Origin: Candidatus Spongiisociaceae bacterium
Lineage (GTDB): Bacteria; Actinomycetota; Acidimicrobiia; Spongiisociales; Spongiisociaceae
Length of the DNA stretch: 64,000 nt
Direction: 5' to 3'
NCBI GenBank assembly: GCA_965202665.1
Contig: OZ241841.1
Location: 960,001-1,024,000, forward strand
Shown one piece after another: positions 38,995 through 49,545 of this stretch (the first letter of the stretch is position 1; each line of letters begins with the position of its first letter). Position numbers and translations under genes: made by a program. The notes under the pieces were generated by a model that worked only from the letters and a program-made list of their open reading frames with translations, was not told the DNA's origin and made no database searches.

Positions 38995-40328
38995 TGTTCC
39001 TCCCGCACCGCCCGCACCTCCAAATACCCGTCGTCCCCTTCCCCCACCCAACCATAGTCGGCCCGCCGGGCGCCCGGAACCCACACCGCCCGCCCCCCCA
39101 CTTCCAGGACCGGCCACCGGCTCCGCAACGGGGCGGGGACGCCGGCCTCGGACAACGCCTGCCGGGCCGTCTTATGCCCGCCGCCGGCGGCGAGACGGTC
39201 GTCCGCCGCCGCCGCCCGAATGAGGGCCGGGCCGTCCGCCGGGCTGCGCAGGGAAAAAATCTGGCTCCAGGGGGACAGGGGGAAAACCCGCGCCGGCCCG
39301 CTCCACAGGCGCCCCCGCCAGGTCCACTCCCCCCACCGCGCCGTCCCTTCCCATTCCCAAACGGCGGGCGGCGGGACACGCTCCCCCGCCTCCCCCGGCG
39401 GGGAGATCGCCAAATAAACCCCCCGCCGCTCCGCCCGCCGCCCGCCGGTCAACTCCGCCGCCGGGCCGCCCCGGGCGGCGGCCAGGGCGGCCGCCGCGTC
39501 CCGCCGCGTCCCCGGGTAACCGCCGCCCGTTTCCCTCAACCCCCGGCGCACCGCGCGAACCGCCAGGGCCTCCGGGAGGGTGCGCAGAACCCCCAGCGGC
39601 ATCCGCACCGCCCGCCCGTCGCTTTCCACCGGCGCCGCCCCGGCCGCCTCCTCCAAAAAATCAATGTCGGGCCCGGCCGCTTCCGCCAGGTCGGCCAAGC
39701 GGTCGGTCAGGTTGGGCGACAGGGAACCCTCCCAGGCGGCCATGGCGGAGCGGATTCTCACCCGCCGGTAACGTTGTTCTTCGTTGGCCGGGTCATCGAC
39801 GAAAGGCAGCGACAGCAACTGGGCCAACTCCCGTATGCGGGAGCGGCTCATGTCCAACAGGGGCCGTACCAGCCACCCCCGCCGGCGCCGGATGCCGCGC
39901 AACCCGTCCAGTCCGGTTCCCCACATCAGATTGCCCAGCACGGTTTCGGCCTGGTCGGTGCGGGTGTGCCCGGTGGCCACCGCCTCCGCCGGGCGGCGCA
40001 TCTCCCCCAAGGCCCGATAGCGGTCGACGCGGGCCGACTCTTCCGGGGAACCGGGCCCCTCCGCCTCCACCCGGCGGATCTCCATCTCCAAACCCAGCCG
40101 GTCGGCCACCGCGGCCGCGGCCCGCTCCATTCGATCCGAGGCGGGCCACCCGTGATGAACGTGGGCCGCCCGGCAGTCCATCCCGGCCCGCAGCGCCGCC
40201 CAAGCCAAAACGGCGCTGTCCGCCCCCCCGCTCAACGCGGCCAGCACCGGTTGCGGGGGGCGCACCGTCCGTTCCACGCCGGCTACGGCCTCCCCGGCCA
40301 GGCTTCTCAGGCGACGCGAGCCAGCCAT
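38973..40328 (-). CDS. tilS: tRNA(Ile)-lysidine synthase
   Basis: LSGGADS, HVHHG, EESAR..RY, TGHT.TDQAETVL, RPLL, DPAN; tilS-hpt-ftsH synteny. Confidence 0.9.
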   Translation of the reverse strand: MAGSRRLRSLAGEAVAGVERTVRPPQPVLAALSGGADSAVLAWAALRAGMDCRAAHVHHGWPASDRMERAAAAVADRLGLEMEIRRVEAEGPGSPEESARVDRYRALGEMRRPAEAVATGHTRTDQAETVLGNLMWGTGLDGLRGIRRRRGWLVRPLLDMSRSRIRELAQLLSLPFVDDPANEEQRYRRVRIRSAMAAWEGSLSPNLTDRLADLAEAAGPDIDFLEEAAGAAPVESDGRAVRMPLGVLRTLPEALAVRAVRRGLRETGGGYPGTRRDAAAALAAARGGPAAELTGGRRAERRGVYLAISPPGEAGERVPPPAVWEWEGTARWGEWTWRGRLWSGPARVFPLSPWSQIFSLRSPADGPALIRAAAADDRLAAGGGHKTARQALSEAGVPAPLRSRWPVLEVGGRAVWVPGARRADYGWVGEGDDGYLEVRAVREEQWKSVAY

Positions 40329-41386
40329 CGGTCGGGGTCCTCTATTTCCTCCAAGGTGGGCAGGGTCTGCGCCGACTCCCACGCCCGGCCCACCGCATCC
40401 CACCCGGCCCGCCGCTCGATGTGGGAGATGAAAGCGGCCCCGGTCTCATACTGTTTGAGTTTCATCTCCAAGCCGGCCAAACGCAACAGCAGGCCCAGCC
40501 GTTGCTCCCGCCGCCGGTTGGACAAAAGGCGGGACATCCGTTCGCTGCTCACCAGGCAACGGGCCCCGATCCGGTCCATAACGGCGTGGCCGTGCCCCTC
40601 CAACAGGGACATCAGGGCTTGTATCCGGTTCAGTACTTCCCGTTGCCGGGGGCCGGCCAGCAGGCCGGGCAGCCCCGCTTCGTCCAGAACGGGACGTCCC
40701 TCGGCCAAGGCCCTCCGTATTCCGGAAACCAAATTGAGCAACTGCGACTCGTCCGCCAGAAACAGGGAGGAGGCCTCTTGCACCATCCCTATGAAGTAGG
40801 ACCGCAGCCAGGGGACGCCGGTGAACTGCAGCCGGTGGGCGGACTCGTGCAGGCAGACCCAAAATCGGAACTCGTCGGGGCGGAACTGACGGCGCCGTTC
40901 CATTTCCAAAATGTTGGGGGCCACCAGGCAGATGGAGTCGCCGTCGCCGGAGGGGAGCACCAGTTCGTACTGTCCCAACACCCGCCGGGACAGCAAACCC
41001 AGCACCGCCCCCGTCTCCAACATCATCAGCCGTTTGGCTATCGAACCCGACGCCCCGTACCCGTCCAGACGGCTTTCCGCTTCTTTATACAGGGGGGAAA
41101 GCAAACGGGAGTAATGGGCCAGGCTGCGCTCCACCCATCCCGCGCGATCCACCACCGCCGCCCGCAAACCGTCGGCGGCGGGCAACCCGGTTTCCTCCGC
41201 CGCCATCCGGTGGGCCCGCTCCATCATCTGCGACGCATCCCGCTCCAAAACCGCCCGATGATAGGAGTCCCCCCAACGGCCGGCGGCGGCCGCCCCGCTG
41301 GTGCGCGCCGCGGTCCGGGCGGCCAGCTCCCAGTCCCAACTCTCGAACGTCGTCCCGGCGTCCGGCCCGTCCGGCGGCGGGGTCAC
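40307..41386 (-). CDS. Zinc-dependent metalloprotease (Zincin_2/DUF2342, 'F420-associated' family)
   Basis: VVDRAGW, RVLGQYE, LVAPNI, WVCLHESAH..QF, MSLLEGH, KLKQYE.G..F, LPTLEEI.DP..W. Confidence 0.88.
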   Translation of the reverse strand: MTPPPDGPDAGTTFESWDWELAARTAARTSGAAAAGRWGDSYHRAVLERDASQMMERAHRMAAEETGLPAADGLRAAVVDRAGWVERSLAHYSRLLSPLYKEAESRLDGYGASGSIAKRLMMLETGAVLGLLSRRVLGQYELVLPSGDGDSICLVAPNILEMERRRQFRPDEFRFWVCLHESAHRLQFTGVPWLRSYFIGMVQEASSLFLADESQLLNLVSGIRRALAEGRPVLDEAGLPGLLAGPRQREVLNRIQALMSLLEGHGHAVMDRIGARCLVSSERMSRLLSNRRREQRLGLLLRLAGLEMKLKQYETGAAFISHIERRAGWDAVGRAWESAQTLPTLEEIEDPDRWLARVA

Positions 41387-41691
41387 TTGATGACCCGGTA
41401 ACGGTTCCTCGTCACCCGGACAAAGTACATGATGATGGCCCCCACCACCGCCGCCGTGCCCAATACGACCGTGGCCGGCACCAGGAACCGGTAGGACCAT
41501 TCCGGATCAGGCTGGCTGGGGGCGTCGTCCGGGACGGGGATGGCCGGTTCGGGGACCGACGGCACGGTCGTTTCAGCGGCCGCCCCTCCCCCCTCCTCGG
41601 CCTCCTGTCCCAAGGCCGCCCCGGCGACCAGGGCCGTCGCCAAAAGCAACATCAACCCGGCGAGCAAAGAGCGGGCGGTAATAACATGCAT
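41383..41691 (-). CDS. Small exported/membrane protein
   Basis: Signal-like N-terminus, Pro-rich linker, transmembrane helix and basic tail. TGTTATAAT at 41699-41707 suggests a leaderless start. Confidence 0.65.
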   Translation of the reverse strand: MHVITARSLLAGLMLLLATALVAGAALGQEAEEGGGAAAETTVPSVPEPAIPVPDDAPSQPDPEWSYRFLVPATVVLGTAAVVGAIIMYFVRVTRNRYRVIK

Positions 41692-41779
41692 GTCCCGAAT
41701 TATAACAACTCTCTCCCCGGGGCGGCGACCCGGAGAACGAAGGGGGCGGTCGCCCGCACCGTAAATTCGGCTTTTGGTC

Positions 41780-41808
41780 TTGACAGGGGGGCGGGGCGTC
41801 TCTAAAGT
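41780..41808 (+). promoter_or_regulatory. Housekeeping sigma promoter of the inositol ABC operon
   Basis: TTGACA (41780-85), 17-nt spacer, TAAAGT (41803-08). Confidence 0.7.
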
Positions 41809-41895
41809 GGTGGTTTCATCCCAAGGCGAGGCGGAGTTCTTGGAGGTTTCCGGCGCGCGTCTCAGCTTGGGAAAAGAGGCGAGCAAAGGAGAACC

Positions 41896-42939
41896 ATGAA
41901 ACAACTACGCCTGCTGTCCCTAGTGGCGGTAATGGCCCTGGTATTCGCGGCGTGCGGAGGCGACTCCGCCGACGACACTACTACCACGGCGGCCGCCGCC
42001 GCACCCGAAACGACGGCCCAGGCCACCACCGAGGCTACCGAGGCCCCCACCACCGTCGACCCCGTGCAAGGGGACATGGACCTGACCTTCCATATGGTCA
42101 CCCATGCCGACGACGGCGTGTTCTGGTCGGTGGTGAAGCGGGGCGCCGAAGCGGCGGCCCAAGCGTTGGGCGTGGAGATGATTTGGAACCCGTCCAACAA
42201 CGATCCGGAGCGCCAGGTGCAGGATGTGGCGGCGGCGGTGTCCGCCCAGTCGGACGGCATCGGCGTTTCGCTGGCCAACCCGACGGCCCTGGGTCCGGCG
42301 GTGAAAGCCGCCACCGACGCCGGCATTCCGGCCATCACCCTCAACTCGGGCGCCAACGATTACCAAGAGCTGGGAGCCATCACCCACGTCGGCCAGACCG
42401 AAGTGGTTGCCGGCAATGGCGCGGGCCTGCGCTTTAACGAGCTCGGAGCCACCAAGGTCATGTGCGCCCAGCAGGAGCAGGGCAATGTGGGCTTGGAAGA
42501 GCGTTGCCAGGGCCTAGAAGCCACCTTCAACGGCGAAGTGGTGAGCCAGTTCGTGGGCTTGGACTCCAGCCCGGAGGAGCAGATCAACAACATCTCCGCC
42601 GTTTTGCAAGCCGACTCCGAAATCGACGGCGTGCTCGGCGTCGGCCCCAACGTCGCGGTGCGGGCGGTGGAAGCCGGAACGCAGGCGGGACGCGAACTCT
42701 ACATCGGCGGGTTCGACATCTCCTCGGACCTGATCGCCGAGATCGAGCAAGGGAACATTCACTTCACGGTGGACCAGCAGCAGTACCTGCAGGGTTACCT
42801 GACCATCGTGTTCCTCTACCTGAACGCCACCAACCTGAACACCGTGGGCGGCGGCTTGCCGGTCCTTACCGGACCCGGTTTTGTCACCACCGACAACGTG
42901 GCCGATGTGAAGCGGCTGGTGGATGAGGGAACCCGCTAA
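41896..42939 (+). CDS. Sugar (probably inositol) ABC transporter substrate-binding lipoprotein
   Basis: Lipobox FAAC, Thr/Ala linker, VTH...FWSVVKRGA, HVGQTE..AG, DQQQYLQGY; adjacent to iol genes. Confidence 0.88.
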   Translation: MKQLRLLSLVAVMALVFAACGGDSADDTTTTAAAAAPETTAQATTEATEAPTTVDPVQGDMDLTFHMVTHADDGVFWSVVKRGAEAAAQALGVEMIWNPSNNDPERQVQDVAAAVSAQSDGIGVSLANPTALGPAVKAATDAGIPAITLNSGANDYQELGAITHVGQTEVVAGNGAGLRFNELGATKVMCAQQEQGNVGLEERCQGLEATFNGEVVSQFVGLDSSPEEQINNISAVLQADSEIDGVLGVGPNVAVRAVEAGTQAGRELYIGGFDISSDLIAEIEQGNIHFTVDQQQYLQGYLTIVFLYLNATNLNTVGGGLPVLTGPGFVTTDNVADVKRLVDEGTR

Positions 42940-42961
42940 ACCCATCCGCTCCAGACGAACC

Positions 42962-42997
42962 AAAGACGGGGCCGCTCCGGCGGCCCCGTCTTTTTTT
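42962..42997 (+). terminator. Intrinsic terminator after the substrate-binding gene
   Basis: AAAGACGGGGCCGC-TCCG-GCGGCCCCGTC followed by a T run. Confidence 0.85.
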
Positions 42998-43130
42998 AAG
43001 GCGGGGGCAAATATTTTCCCAAATTTCCCCCATCGCCGTTTAGATGGTTATTATGCTTTCCGATATTCGTAAGCGGTAAGGAGGCAGAAGTGAACCGGAC
43101 GGCTGTTCTTCTGTTCACAGGAGCGGGGCT

Positions 43131-45080
43131 ATGGCGGATGTAACCAACGGAGAAGAGTTGACCGAGACGGCCAAGGAGGAAGAAGCGGCCGCCCCGGCCG
43201 CCCCCGCCGACTCGGGCGGCGACGAACGCCTCGCCTACCGCGGCCCCATCCAACGGTTGCTAACCCGCCCCGAAATAGGGGCCCTGATCGGCACCGGCGC
43301 CATCTGGATGGTTTTCTGGGCGGTGAGCGACGTGTTCGGCACCACCCCCGGCACCAACTCTTTCCTGGACGTTTCCACTTCTCTGGGAATAATGGCGGTG
43401 GCGGTGGCCCTGCTGATGATCGGCGGCGAGTTCGACCTTTCCTCGGGGGCCATGACCGGGGCCACCGGAATGTTGGTGGTGCTGCTGGTCAAAGACACCG
43501 GGGAACTGGGGGGGTTGGGCCTGCCCCTGTTCGTGGCCATTCCCGTCACGTTCCTGTTCGCCATGGGCATCGGATGGGTGAACGGCACCTTGGTGGAAAA
43601 AACCGGACTGCCCAGCTTCATCGTCACCTTGGGCACGTTCTTCACCCTGCGGGGGGCCAAACTGGGGTTCTCCAAACTGTTCACCGACAAGGTGATCGTG
43701 GAAGGTTTGGACGACGCCCCCGATTACGAATTCTGGTCCAACATCTTCGGAGGGGTGTGGGTGCGCAACGACCATCTGTGGGAAAACTTCCTGGGAGGCC
43801 GGGACATGGTTTTCGCCATCTTGGCGGTGCTGGGGGCGGCCGCCCTCATCCTGGCGGTCCTGGAGCAAAGCCTCACCCGCAACGCGGAACTCAAAAAGGC
43901 CAGTTTCGCCACCGCCGGTGTGGGAACGGTCGCCGCGTTGCTGGGCCTGATCATGCTCACCCAGACCGACGGAACCGGGGCCAACTGGACATGGTCCCTG
44001 GTGATGGGCGCGGGCCTGTTGCTGGGAATAATGGGGTACGCCCGGTTGCGGTTTGAAATCTCCCTGCCCGACAGGGGTTCCCTGACGTTGGGCGGCCCGG
44101 TTGGCATCCGGGTGCTGATCGGCTTGGGCTTGGTGGCGGCGGGCGTCATTTTCGGCACATGGTTAAGTTCGGATTCCGAATACGTAATCGGAATCCTGCT
44201 CACCACGCAAGGCCTGCGGGCCATTCTGTTCAGCGGCCTGGTGATCCTGGGGGTGATCATGATGCTGATCGCGGCCCGCAAAGCCGACGAGTCGCCGTTC
44301 ACCCGCTTTTTGATAACCGTCCTCACCGCGGGGGTGATCGCGGTGGTCGGTTTCATCATCCAGTCAGAAGCGGACTCCCGCAAGTTCCGGGCCGAGTTTT
44401 TCGCCTGGATCATGCTGGCCTCCCTGGTGTTGCTGATCGCAGCCGTCATCCGCTTGTTGTTCGAACAGCGCCGCCGCACCGACCCGGCCGCTGACAAGCT
44501 GGGCCGCATTTTGGCCGCGGTTTCCATGGTGCTGTTCGCGGCGGCCATCGCCCTCAAGCTTTTGTGGTCCACCGCGGCGGAAAACGAAGGGGCCGGAATC
44601 ACCACCTACCGGGTTTCCATCCTCTACTTCTTCCTGTTCGCCATCTTCGCCACCTGGCTGCTGATGCGCACCAAGTTCGGCAGCTGGACCTTTGCGGTGG
44701 GCGGCAACAAAAGCGCCGCCCGGCAGGTGGGCGTCCCGGCCGCCCGCACCAAAACCCAGTTGTTCATGATGGTGTCGGGAGCGGCCTGGCTGGTCGGAAT
44801 GCTGATCGCCTTCCGGCTCAATTCGGTGCAGGCCAACGTCGGCGACGGCAACGAGTTCCTTTACATCATCGCGGCGGTGGTGGGCGGCAACCTGCTCACC
44901 GGCGGTTACGGTTCGGCGGCCGGGGCGGCCATCGGCGCCCTGATCATGGCCATGTCCTTCCAGGGCATCCCCTTCGCGGGCTGGAACTCCGACTGGCGGT
45001 GGCTGTTCGTAGGCGTGATCCTGCTGTTGGCGGTGATGGTCAACAACTACGTCCGTGGAAAGGCGGAGGCATCAAAATGA
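43131..45080 (+). CDS. Sugar ABC transporter permease (RbsC family, enlarged)
   Basis: [53 protein letters not shown]. Confidence 0.9.
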   Translation: MADVTNGEELTETAKEEEAAAPAAPADSGGDERLAYRGPIQRLLTRPEIGALIGTGAIWMVFWAVSDVFGTTPGTNSFLDVSTSLGIMAVAVALLMIGGEFDLSSGAMTGATGMLVVLLVKDTGELGGLGLPLFVAIPVTFLFAMGIGWVNGTLVEKTGLPSFIVTLGTFFTLRGAKLGFSKLFTDKVIVEGLDDAPDYEFWSNIFGGVWVRNDHLWENFLGGRDMVFAILAVLGAAALILAVLEQSLTRNAELKKASFATAGVGTVAALLGLIMLTQTDGTGANWTWSLVMGAGLLLGIMGYARLRFEISLPDRGSLTLGGPVGIRVLIGLGLVAAGVIFGTWLSSDSEYVIGILLTTQGLRAILFSGLVILGVIMMLIAARKADESPFTRFLITVLTAGVIAVVGFIIQSEADSRKFRAEFFAWIMLASLVLLIAAVIRLLFEQRRRTDPAADKLGRILAAVSMVLFAAAIALKLLWSTAAENEGAGITTYRVSILYFFLFAIFATWLLMRTKFGSWTFAVGGNKSAARQVGVPAARTKTQLFMMVSGAAWLVGMLIAFRLNSVQANVGDGNEFLYIIAAVVGGNLLTGGYGSAAGAAIGALIMAMSFQGIPFAGWNSDWRWLFVGVILLLAVMVNNYVRGKAEASK

Positions 45081-45877
45081 GCAACGAAACACTTCTGGAG
45101 ATCCGCGACATCTCCAAGTTCTACGGCAACATCATCGCCCTGCGCGACATCACCACCTCGGTGCAGGCCGGGGCGGTGACCTGCGTGCTGGGCGACAACG
45201 GGGCCGGCAAGTCCACCTTTATCAAGATCCTGGCCGGCGCCCACCAGCAGAGCGAAGGCAGGTTGTTCGTGGAAGGCGAGGAGGTGATGTTCAATTCGCC
45301 CCGCGAAGCCTTGGCCCGCGGCATCGCCACCGTCTACCAGGATTTGGCGGTGGTGCCGCTGATGTCGGTGTGGCGAAACTTTTTCCTGGGTTCGGAGCCC
45401 ACCAAGCTGGGTTTCCTGAACGTGGTGGACCGGGAGAAAGCCTCCGGCATCGCCAAAGGGGAGCTGGCCAAAATGGGGATCGACATCCGGGACACCGAAC
45501 AGCCGGTGGGCACCCTGTCCGGGGGGGAGCGCCAGTCGGTGGCCATCGCCCGGGCCGCCTACTTCGGAGCCAAGGTGCTGATCTTGGACGAGCCCACTTC
45601 CGCGTTGGGCGTGAAACAGTCGGGGGTGGTGCTCCGCTACATCGTGGAAGCCCGCAACCGGGGTTTGGGGGTGATTTTCATCACCCACAACCCGCATCAC
45701 GCTTGGCCGGTCGGGGACCGCTTCATGATCCTCAACCGGGGGCAATCCTTGGGCGACTTCGCCAAAGAGGAACTGACCAAGGAAGAGTTGACGCAGCTGA
45801 TGGCGGGCGGCACCGAATTGGCCGACCTGCAACACGAACTGGCGCAGGCCACGGCGGGCGGAGGCGGGGCCTCCTAA
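45077..45877 (+). CDS. Sugar ABC transporter ATP-binding protein
   Basis: [32 protein letters not shown]; ATGA overlap. Confidence 0.93.
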   Translation: MSNETLLEIRDISKFYGNIIALRDITTSVQAGAVTCVLGDNGAGKSTFIKILAGAHQQSEGRLFVEGEEVMFNSPREALARGIATVYQDLAVVPLMSVWRNFFLGSEPTKLGFLNVVDREKASGIAKGELAKMGIDIRDTEQPVGTLSGGERQSVAIARAAYFGAKVLILDEPTSALGVKQSGVVLRYIVEARNRGLGVIFITHNPHHAWPVGDRFMILNRGQSLGDFAKEELTKEELTQLMAGGTELADLQHELAQATAGGGGAS

Positions 45878-45887
45878 CCCGGGGCCT

Positions 45888-46901
45888 TTGCCAACGACGC
45901 AACCGGCTGAGACGGGCGGCGTGGGCCGGTCTCCGGAGCTGATCACCATCGGGCGGGTCAGCGTGGACCTGTACGCCGAGCAGTTGCATGCGCCGGTGCG
46001 GGCGGTCCAAACTTTCCGCAAGTCCATCGGCGGCACCTCCACCAACGTGGCGGTGGCGGCCGCCCGGCTGGGAAGGCGGGCGGCGACCGTCACCAAAGTG
46101 GGCGATGACCCGTTCGGCGACTACGTACGGCACGCCCTGGCGGAAACTTTCGGGGTGGACGCCCGGTGGGTAGGAACCGACCCCGTTTTGCCCACCCCGC
46201 TGGCCTTCGCGGTGCTGAATCCGCCGGAGGATCCGCTGATCGTCTTCTACCGGCAACCGCGGGCCCCCGACATGAACCTGCGTTTGGAGGACGTGGATCT
46301 GGAGGCGACCAGCCGGGTTCCCATCCTGTGGATTCCCGCCTCCCGGATGTCGGACGAGCCGAGCCGCTCCACGGTGCGGGCGGTTTTGGAAGCCCGGGGG
46401 CGCCGTCCGGAAACGATTCTGGATTTGGACTGGCGCCCCTCCTTCTGGGAGTCGGAGGAACGGGCGGGCCGGGAAATAAGTTCCGTTTTGGAACATGCGA
46501 CGATGGCGGTCGGCAACCGGGAGGAATGCCGGATCGCGGTGGGAACCGCCCATCCCGAACAGGCGGCCGACCGCTTGCTGGAGGCGGGGTTGCGGGCGGC
46601 TTTCATCAAACTGGGCGGAGACGGCGTTCTGGTGGCGGAGGCGGGCGGGGAACGGAAGCTCATCCCCCCCTACCCGGTGCGGGCGGTTTGCGGACTGGGG
46701 GCGGGCGACGCTTTCGGAGGGGCGTTGTGCCACGGGTTGCTGTCCGGATGGAGCCCGCCCGAATGCGCCCGCTACGGCAACGCGGCCGGGGCGCTGGTCG
46801 CCTCCCGGCTGATGTGCGCCGACGACATGCCTACCCTGGGGGAAATTGAGGATTTCCTCGCCCGCCGAACAGAAAGCCCGACCGAAAGGGACGAACCATG
46901 A
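45888..46901 (+). CDS. iolC: 5-dehydro-2-deoxygluconokinase (PfkB family)
   Basis: IGRVSVDLY, GGTSTNVAVAAARLG, FYRQPRAPD, DLDWRP, GLGAGDAFGG. Confidence 0.88.
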   Translation: MPTTQPAETGGVGRSPELITIGRVSVDLYAEQLHAPVRAVQTFRKSIGGTSTNVAVAAARLGRRAATVTKVGDDPFGDYVRHALAETFGVDARWVGTDPVLPTPLAFAVLNPPEDPLIVFYRQPRAPDMNLRLEDVDLEATSRVPILWIPASRMSDEPSRSTVRAVLEARGRRPETILDLDWRPSFWESEERAGREISSVLEHATMAVGNREECRIAVGTAHPEQAADRLLEAGLRAAFIKLGGDGVLVAEAGGERKLIPPYPVRAVCGLGAGDAFGGALCHGLLSGWSPPECARYGNAAGALVASRLMCADDMPTLGEIEDFLARRTESPTERDEP

Positions 46902-47914
46902 AACCCATCAGCCTGGCCATTCTCGGAGCGGGCCGCATCGGCCGGTTGCACGCCGAACTGATCACCCACCAGATAGACGAAATGCGGGTGGCCGGAATCT
47001 ACGACATCGTCCCTGAACTGGCCGAAAAAGCGGGGACCCGGCTGGGAATTCCGGTCGCCTCCTCCATGGAAGAATTGATAACCGGCAAAGGCGTAGACGC
47101 GGTGGCCGTCTGTTCCAGCACCGACTCCCATATGGAGCACATGACGGCCGCCGCCGCCGCGGGCAAAGCCGTCTTCTGCGAGAAGCCGCTTTCCCTCAAC
47201 TTGGAGGAGGTGGACCGGGGCTTGGCGGCGGTGGAAGCGGCCGGCGTTCCGTTGCAGGTGGGGTTCAACCGGCGCTTCGACCCTTCCCACCGGGCGGTGG
47301 CCGAGGCGGTGCGCAACGGGGAGGTGGGCGAGGTGCATCTGGTACGCATCACTTCCCGCGACCCGGAACCCCCGCCCATCCCCTACATCGAGGTTTCGGG
47401 CGGCATTTTTCTGGACATGACCATCCACGACTTCGACATGGCCCGGTTCGTAACCGGATCCGAAGTGACCGAAGTGTTCGCCAAAGGGGACGTGCTGTCC
47501 GACCGGGCCATCGGGGCGGCGGGCGACTTGGACACCGCGGCCATCATGCTCTCCCACGAAAACGGGGCTTTGACCATGATCGACAACAGCCGGCGGGCGG
47601 CCTACGGGTACGACCAGCGGTTGGAGGCTTTCGGTTCGGCGGGGATGGCCTCCTCCGACAACCCCACGGTCACCACTTCCGTCACCCGCACCGCCCAAGG
47701 GGGCCGGACCTCCGTCCTCCCCTATTTTTTCGAGGACCGTTACATCCCCAGTTACCTGGCGGAATGGCGGGCCTTCGCCGAGATGCTGCGTAGCGGCGGG
47801 CCGTCGCCGGTCACCGGACGCGACGGACGGGAGCCGCTGATCATGGGATTGGCCGCTTGGCGGTCGGTGCGGGAATGGCGCCCGGTGACCACCGCCGAGA
47901 TCCGGGGCGAATGA
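46898..47914 (+). CDS. iolG: Inositol 2-dehydrogenase
   Basis: GAGRIG, CEKP, GFNRRFDP, ITSRDP, DMTIHDFD, YGYDQRLE. Confidence 0.9.
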   Translation: MKPISLAILGAGRIGRLHAELITHQIDEMRVAGIYDIVPELAEKAGTRLGIPVASSMEELITGKGVDAVAVCSSTDSHMEHMTAAAAAGKAVFCEKPLSLNLEEVDRGLAAVEAAGVPLQVGFNRRFDPSHRAVAEAVRNGEVGEVHLVRITSRDPEPPPIPYIEVSGGIFLDMTIHDFDMARFVTGSEVTEVFAKGDVLSDRAIGAAGDLDTAAIMLSHENGALTMIDNSRRAAYGYDQRLEAFGSAGMASSDNPTVTTSVTRTAQGGRTSVLPYFFEDRYIPSYLAEWRAFAEMLRSGGPSPVTGRDGREPLIMGLAAWRSVREWRPVTTAEIRGE

Positions 47915-48849
47915 TGCGGGTGTGGGTTACCGGGGGAACCGGGTTCGTGGGCAGCAACATCGTCCACCAAGCCCTGCGGGCCGGACATCAAGCGGCCAGC
48001 ACCTACGGCTCCTACCAACCCGCCGGAGACGAGCCCTACCAGTTGCACGCCATCGACATGCTGGACCGGGCGGGTATGGCGGCGGGCGTTAAGGAGTTCG
48101 GGGCCGACCTGGTGGTGCATTGCGCCATTTTGAACAACCACCGGGCGATGTACGAGAACCGCCGGGCCGGATGGGACGCCTACGTGGAGGCCACCCGCGC
48201 CGCCTGGGAGGCGGCCGATGCGGCCGGGGCCGGTTTCGTGCTGGTCTCCACCGACTGGGTGTTCGACGGAACCCAGGCCGGAGCGGACGAAGAAACCCCG
48301 CCCAACCCGATCAACATCTACGGGGTGCTGAAAATGGCCAGCGAGTTGGTGGTTTTGGAAAGGGGCGGGGCGGTGGCCCGCGTGTCGGGGGTGAACGGGA
48401 CGCACCGGGCCCGCCCCTCCGCCCCCCGCGCCCAGGACCCCGGTTTCGGCTATTTCGTCTCCTCCATCGTGGATGCGTTGCGCCGGGGGGAACGTTTCAC
48501 GGTGTGGGAGTCGGACGACATCAACATGGCGGCCACCCCTTCTTTGGCCAGCGAATGCGGCGACCTGATCCTGGAAATCGGAGCCCGCCGCTTGGAAGGC
48601 GTTTTCCACTGTTGCGGAGCGGAGCGGGCGGAGCGGATGGAGCTGGCCCGCCTGGCCTGCGACGTGTTCGACTTGGACCCGGGCCTGCTGGATTCCGGCC
48701 CGCCCGACCCCCGGTTCATGCCGCCCGGCCCGGTTCCCTACGACACCGCCATCGCCTGTCCCCGCACTTCGGAACTGCTGGAGCGGCGGCCCACCCCCCT
48801 CCGTTCCTTGTTGGAGCAGTTTCGCGGGGAATACGAAGCCTCCTCGTGA
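47911..48849 (+). CDS. Extended SDR, RmlD-like NAD(P)-dependent reductase/epimerase
   Basis: VTGGTGFVG, VHCA, VSTDWVFDG, PINIYGVLK. Confidence 0.85.
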   Translation: MMRVWVTGGTGFVGSNIVHQALRAGHQAASTYGSYQPAGDEPYQLHAIDMLDRAGMAAGVKEFGADLVVHCAILNNHRAMYENRRAGWDAYVEATRAAWEAADAAGAGFVLVSTDWVFDGTQAGADEETPPNPINIYGVLKMASELVVLERGGAVARVSGVNGTHRARPSAPRAQDPGFGYFVSSIVDALRRGERFTVWESDDINMAATPSLASECGDLILEIGARRLEGVFHCCGAERAERMELARLACDVFDLDPGLLDSGPPDPRFMPPGPVPYDTAIACPRTSELLERRPTPLRSLLEQFRGEYEASS

Positions 48850-49538
48850 CCGCCCGCCCGTTGCGGGTGGCGTTGCTCCCCTGGGCGCTGGCGATTCTCC
48901 TGCCGGCGACGGTGATGTGGAGCGGGGAACGGGCCGACCCCTACCGTTCGGTGGCCCAAGTGATCGGTTGGAAATGCGGCCGCAACCTGCTGGCTTCGGC
49001 GGCGGCGGCGGCCCCCGGGTTGCTGGTCACCGCCGCCCACAACGTGGCCGGCTCGCAAGGGGGCCTTTCCATCCGGTTCGAAGACGGGGTGGAACGGCCC
49101 GCGGAGGTGGCGGCCGTGGACTTCGACCGGGATCTGGCTTTGCTGTCCTCCTCCGGCTGGAACCGCCCCGCCTTGGGGTTCGCGCCGCCGCAACCGGGCG
49201 AAGCGGGGCGCATCATCCGGTTGCGGGCGCAGGCGGAACGGGCGGAAATCCCTTTCACCGACGCCGAGGTGGTGCGGGCGGTGGGACGGGACATCTACAA
49301 CCGCCGCAACGACGTCCCCTGGTTCAACGTCCGGGTGCGGGTGGACTCGGGCGGGGCCGGTTATTCAGGGGCCCCGGCTTTGAACGAGCGGGGCGCGATC
49401 ATCGGCTTGGTGTACGCCAAAGCCCGGTTCCAGGATCATATGTACGCGGCGGCCGCCTCCGAAGTGGAGGCCTTCGTCGCCCGGGCCGCGGCCCGTCCCC
49501 CCGGCGCCCCGGTGGACACCGGGGAATGCCCCCCCTGA
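48846..49538 (+). CDS. Trypsin-like serine protease with N-terminal hydrophobic segment
   Basis: Catalytic triad motifs VTAAHNV, DLALL, GYSGAP; GTGA overlap. Confidence 0.75.
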   Translation: MTARPLRVALLPWALAILLPATVMWSGERADPYRSVAQVIGWKCGRNLLASAAAAAPGLLVTAAHNVAGSQGGLSIRFEDGVERPAEVAAVDFDRDLALLSSSGWNRPALGFAPPQPGEAGRIIRLRAQAERAEIPFTDAEVVRAVGRDIYNRRNDVPWFNVRVRVDSGGAGYSGAPALNERGAIIGLVYAKARFQDHMYAAAASEVEAFVARAAARPPGAPVDTGECPP

Positions 49539-49545
49539 CGGACTG

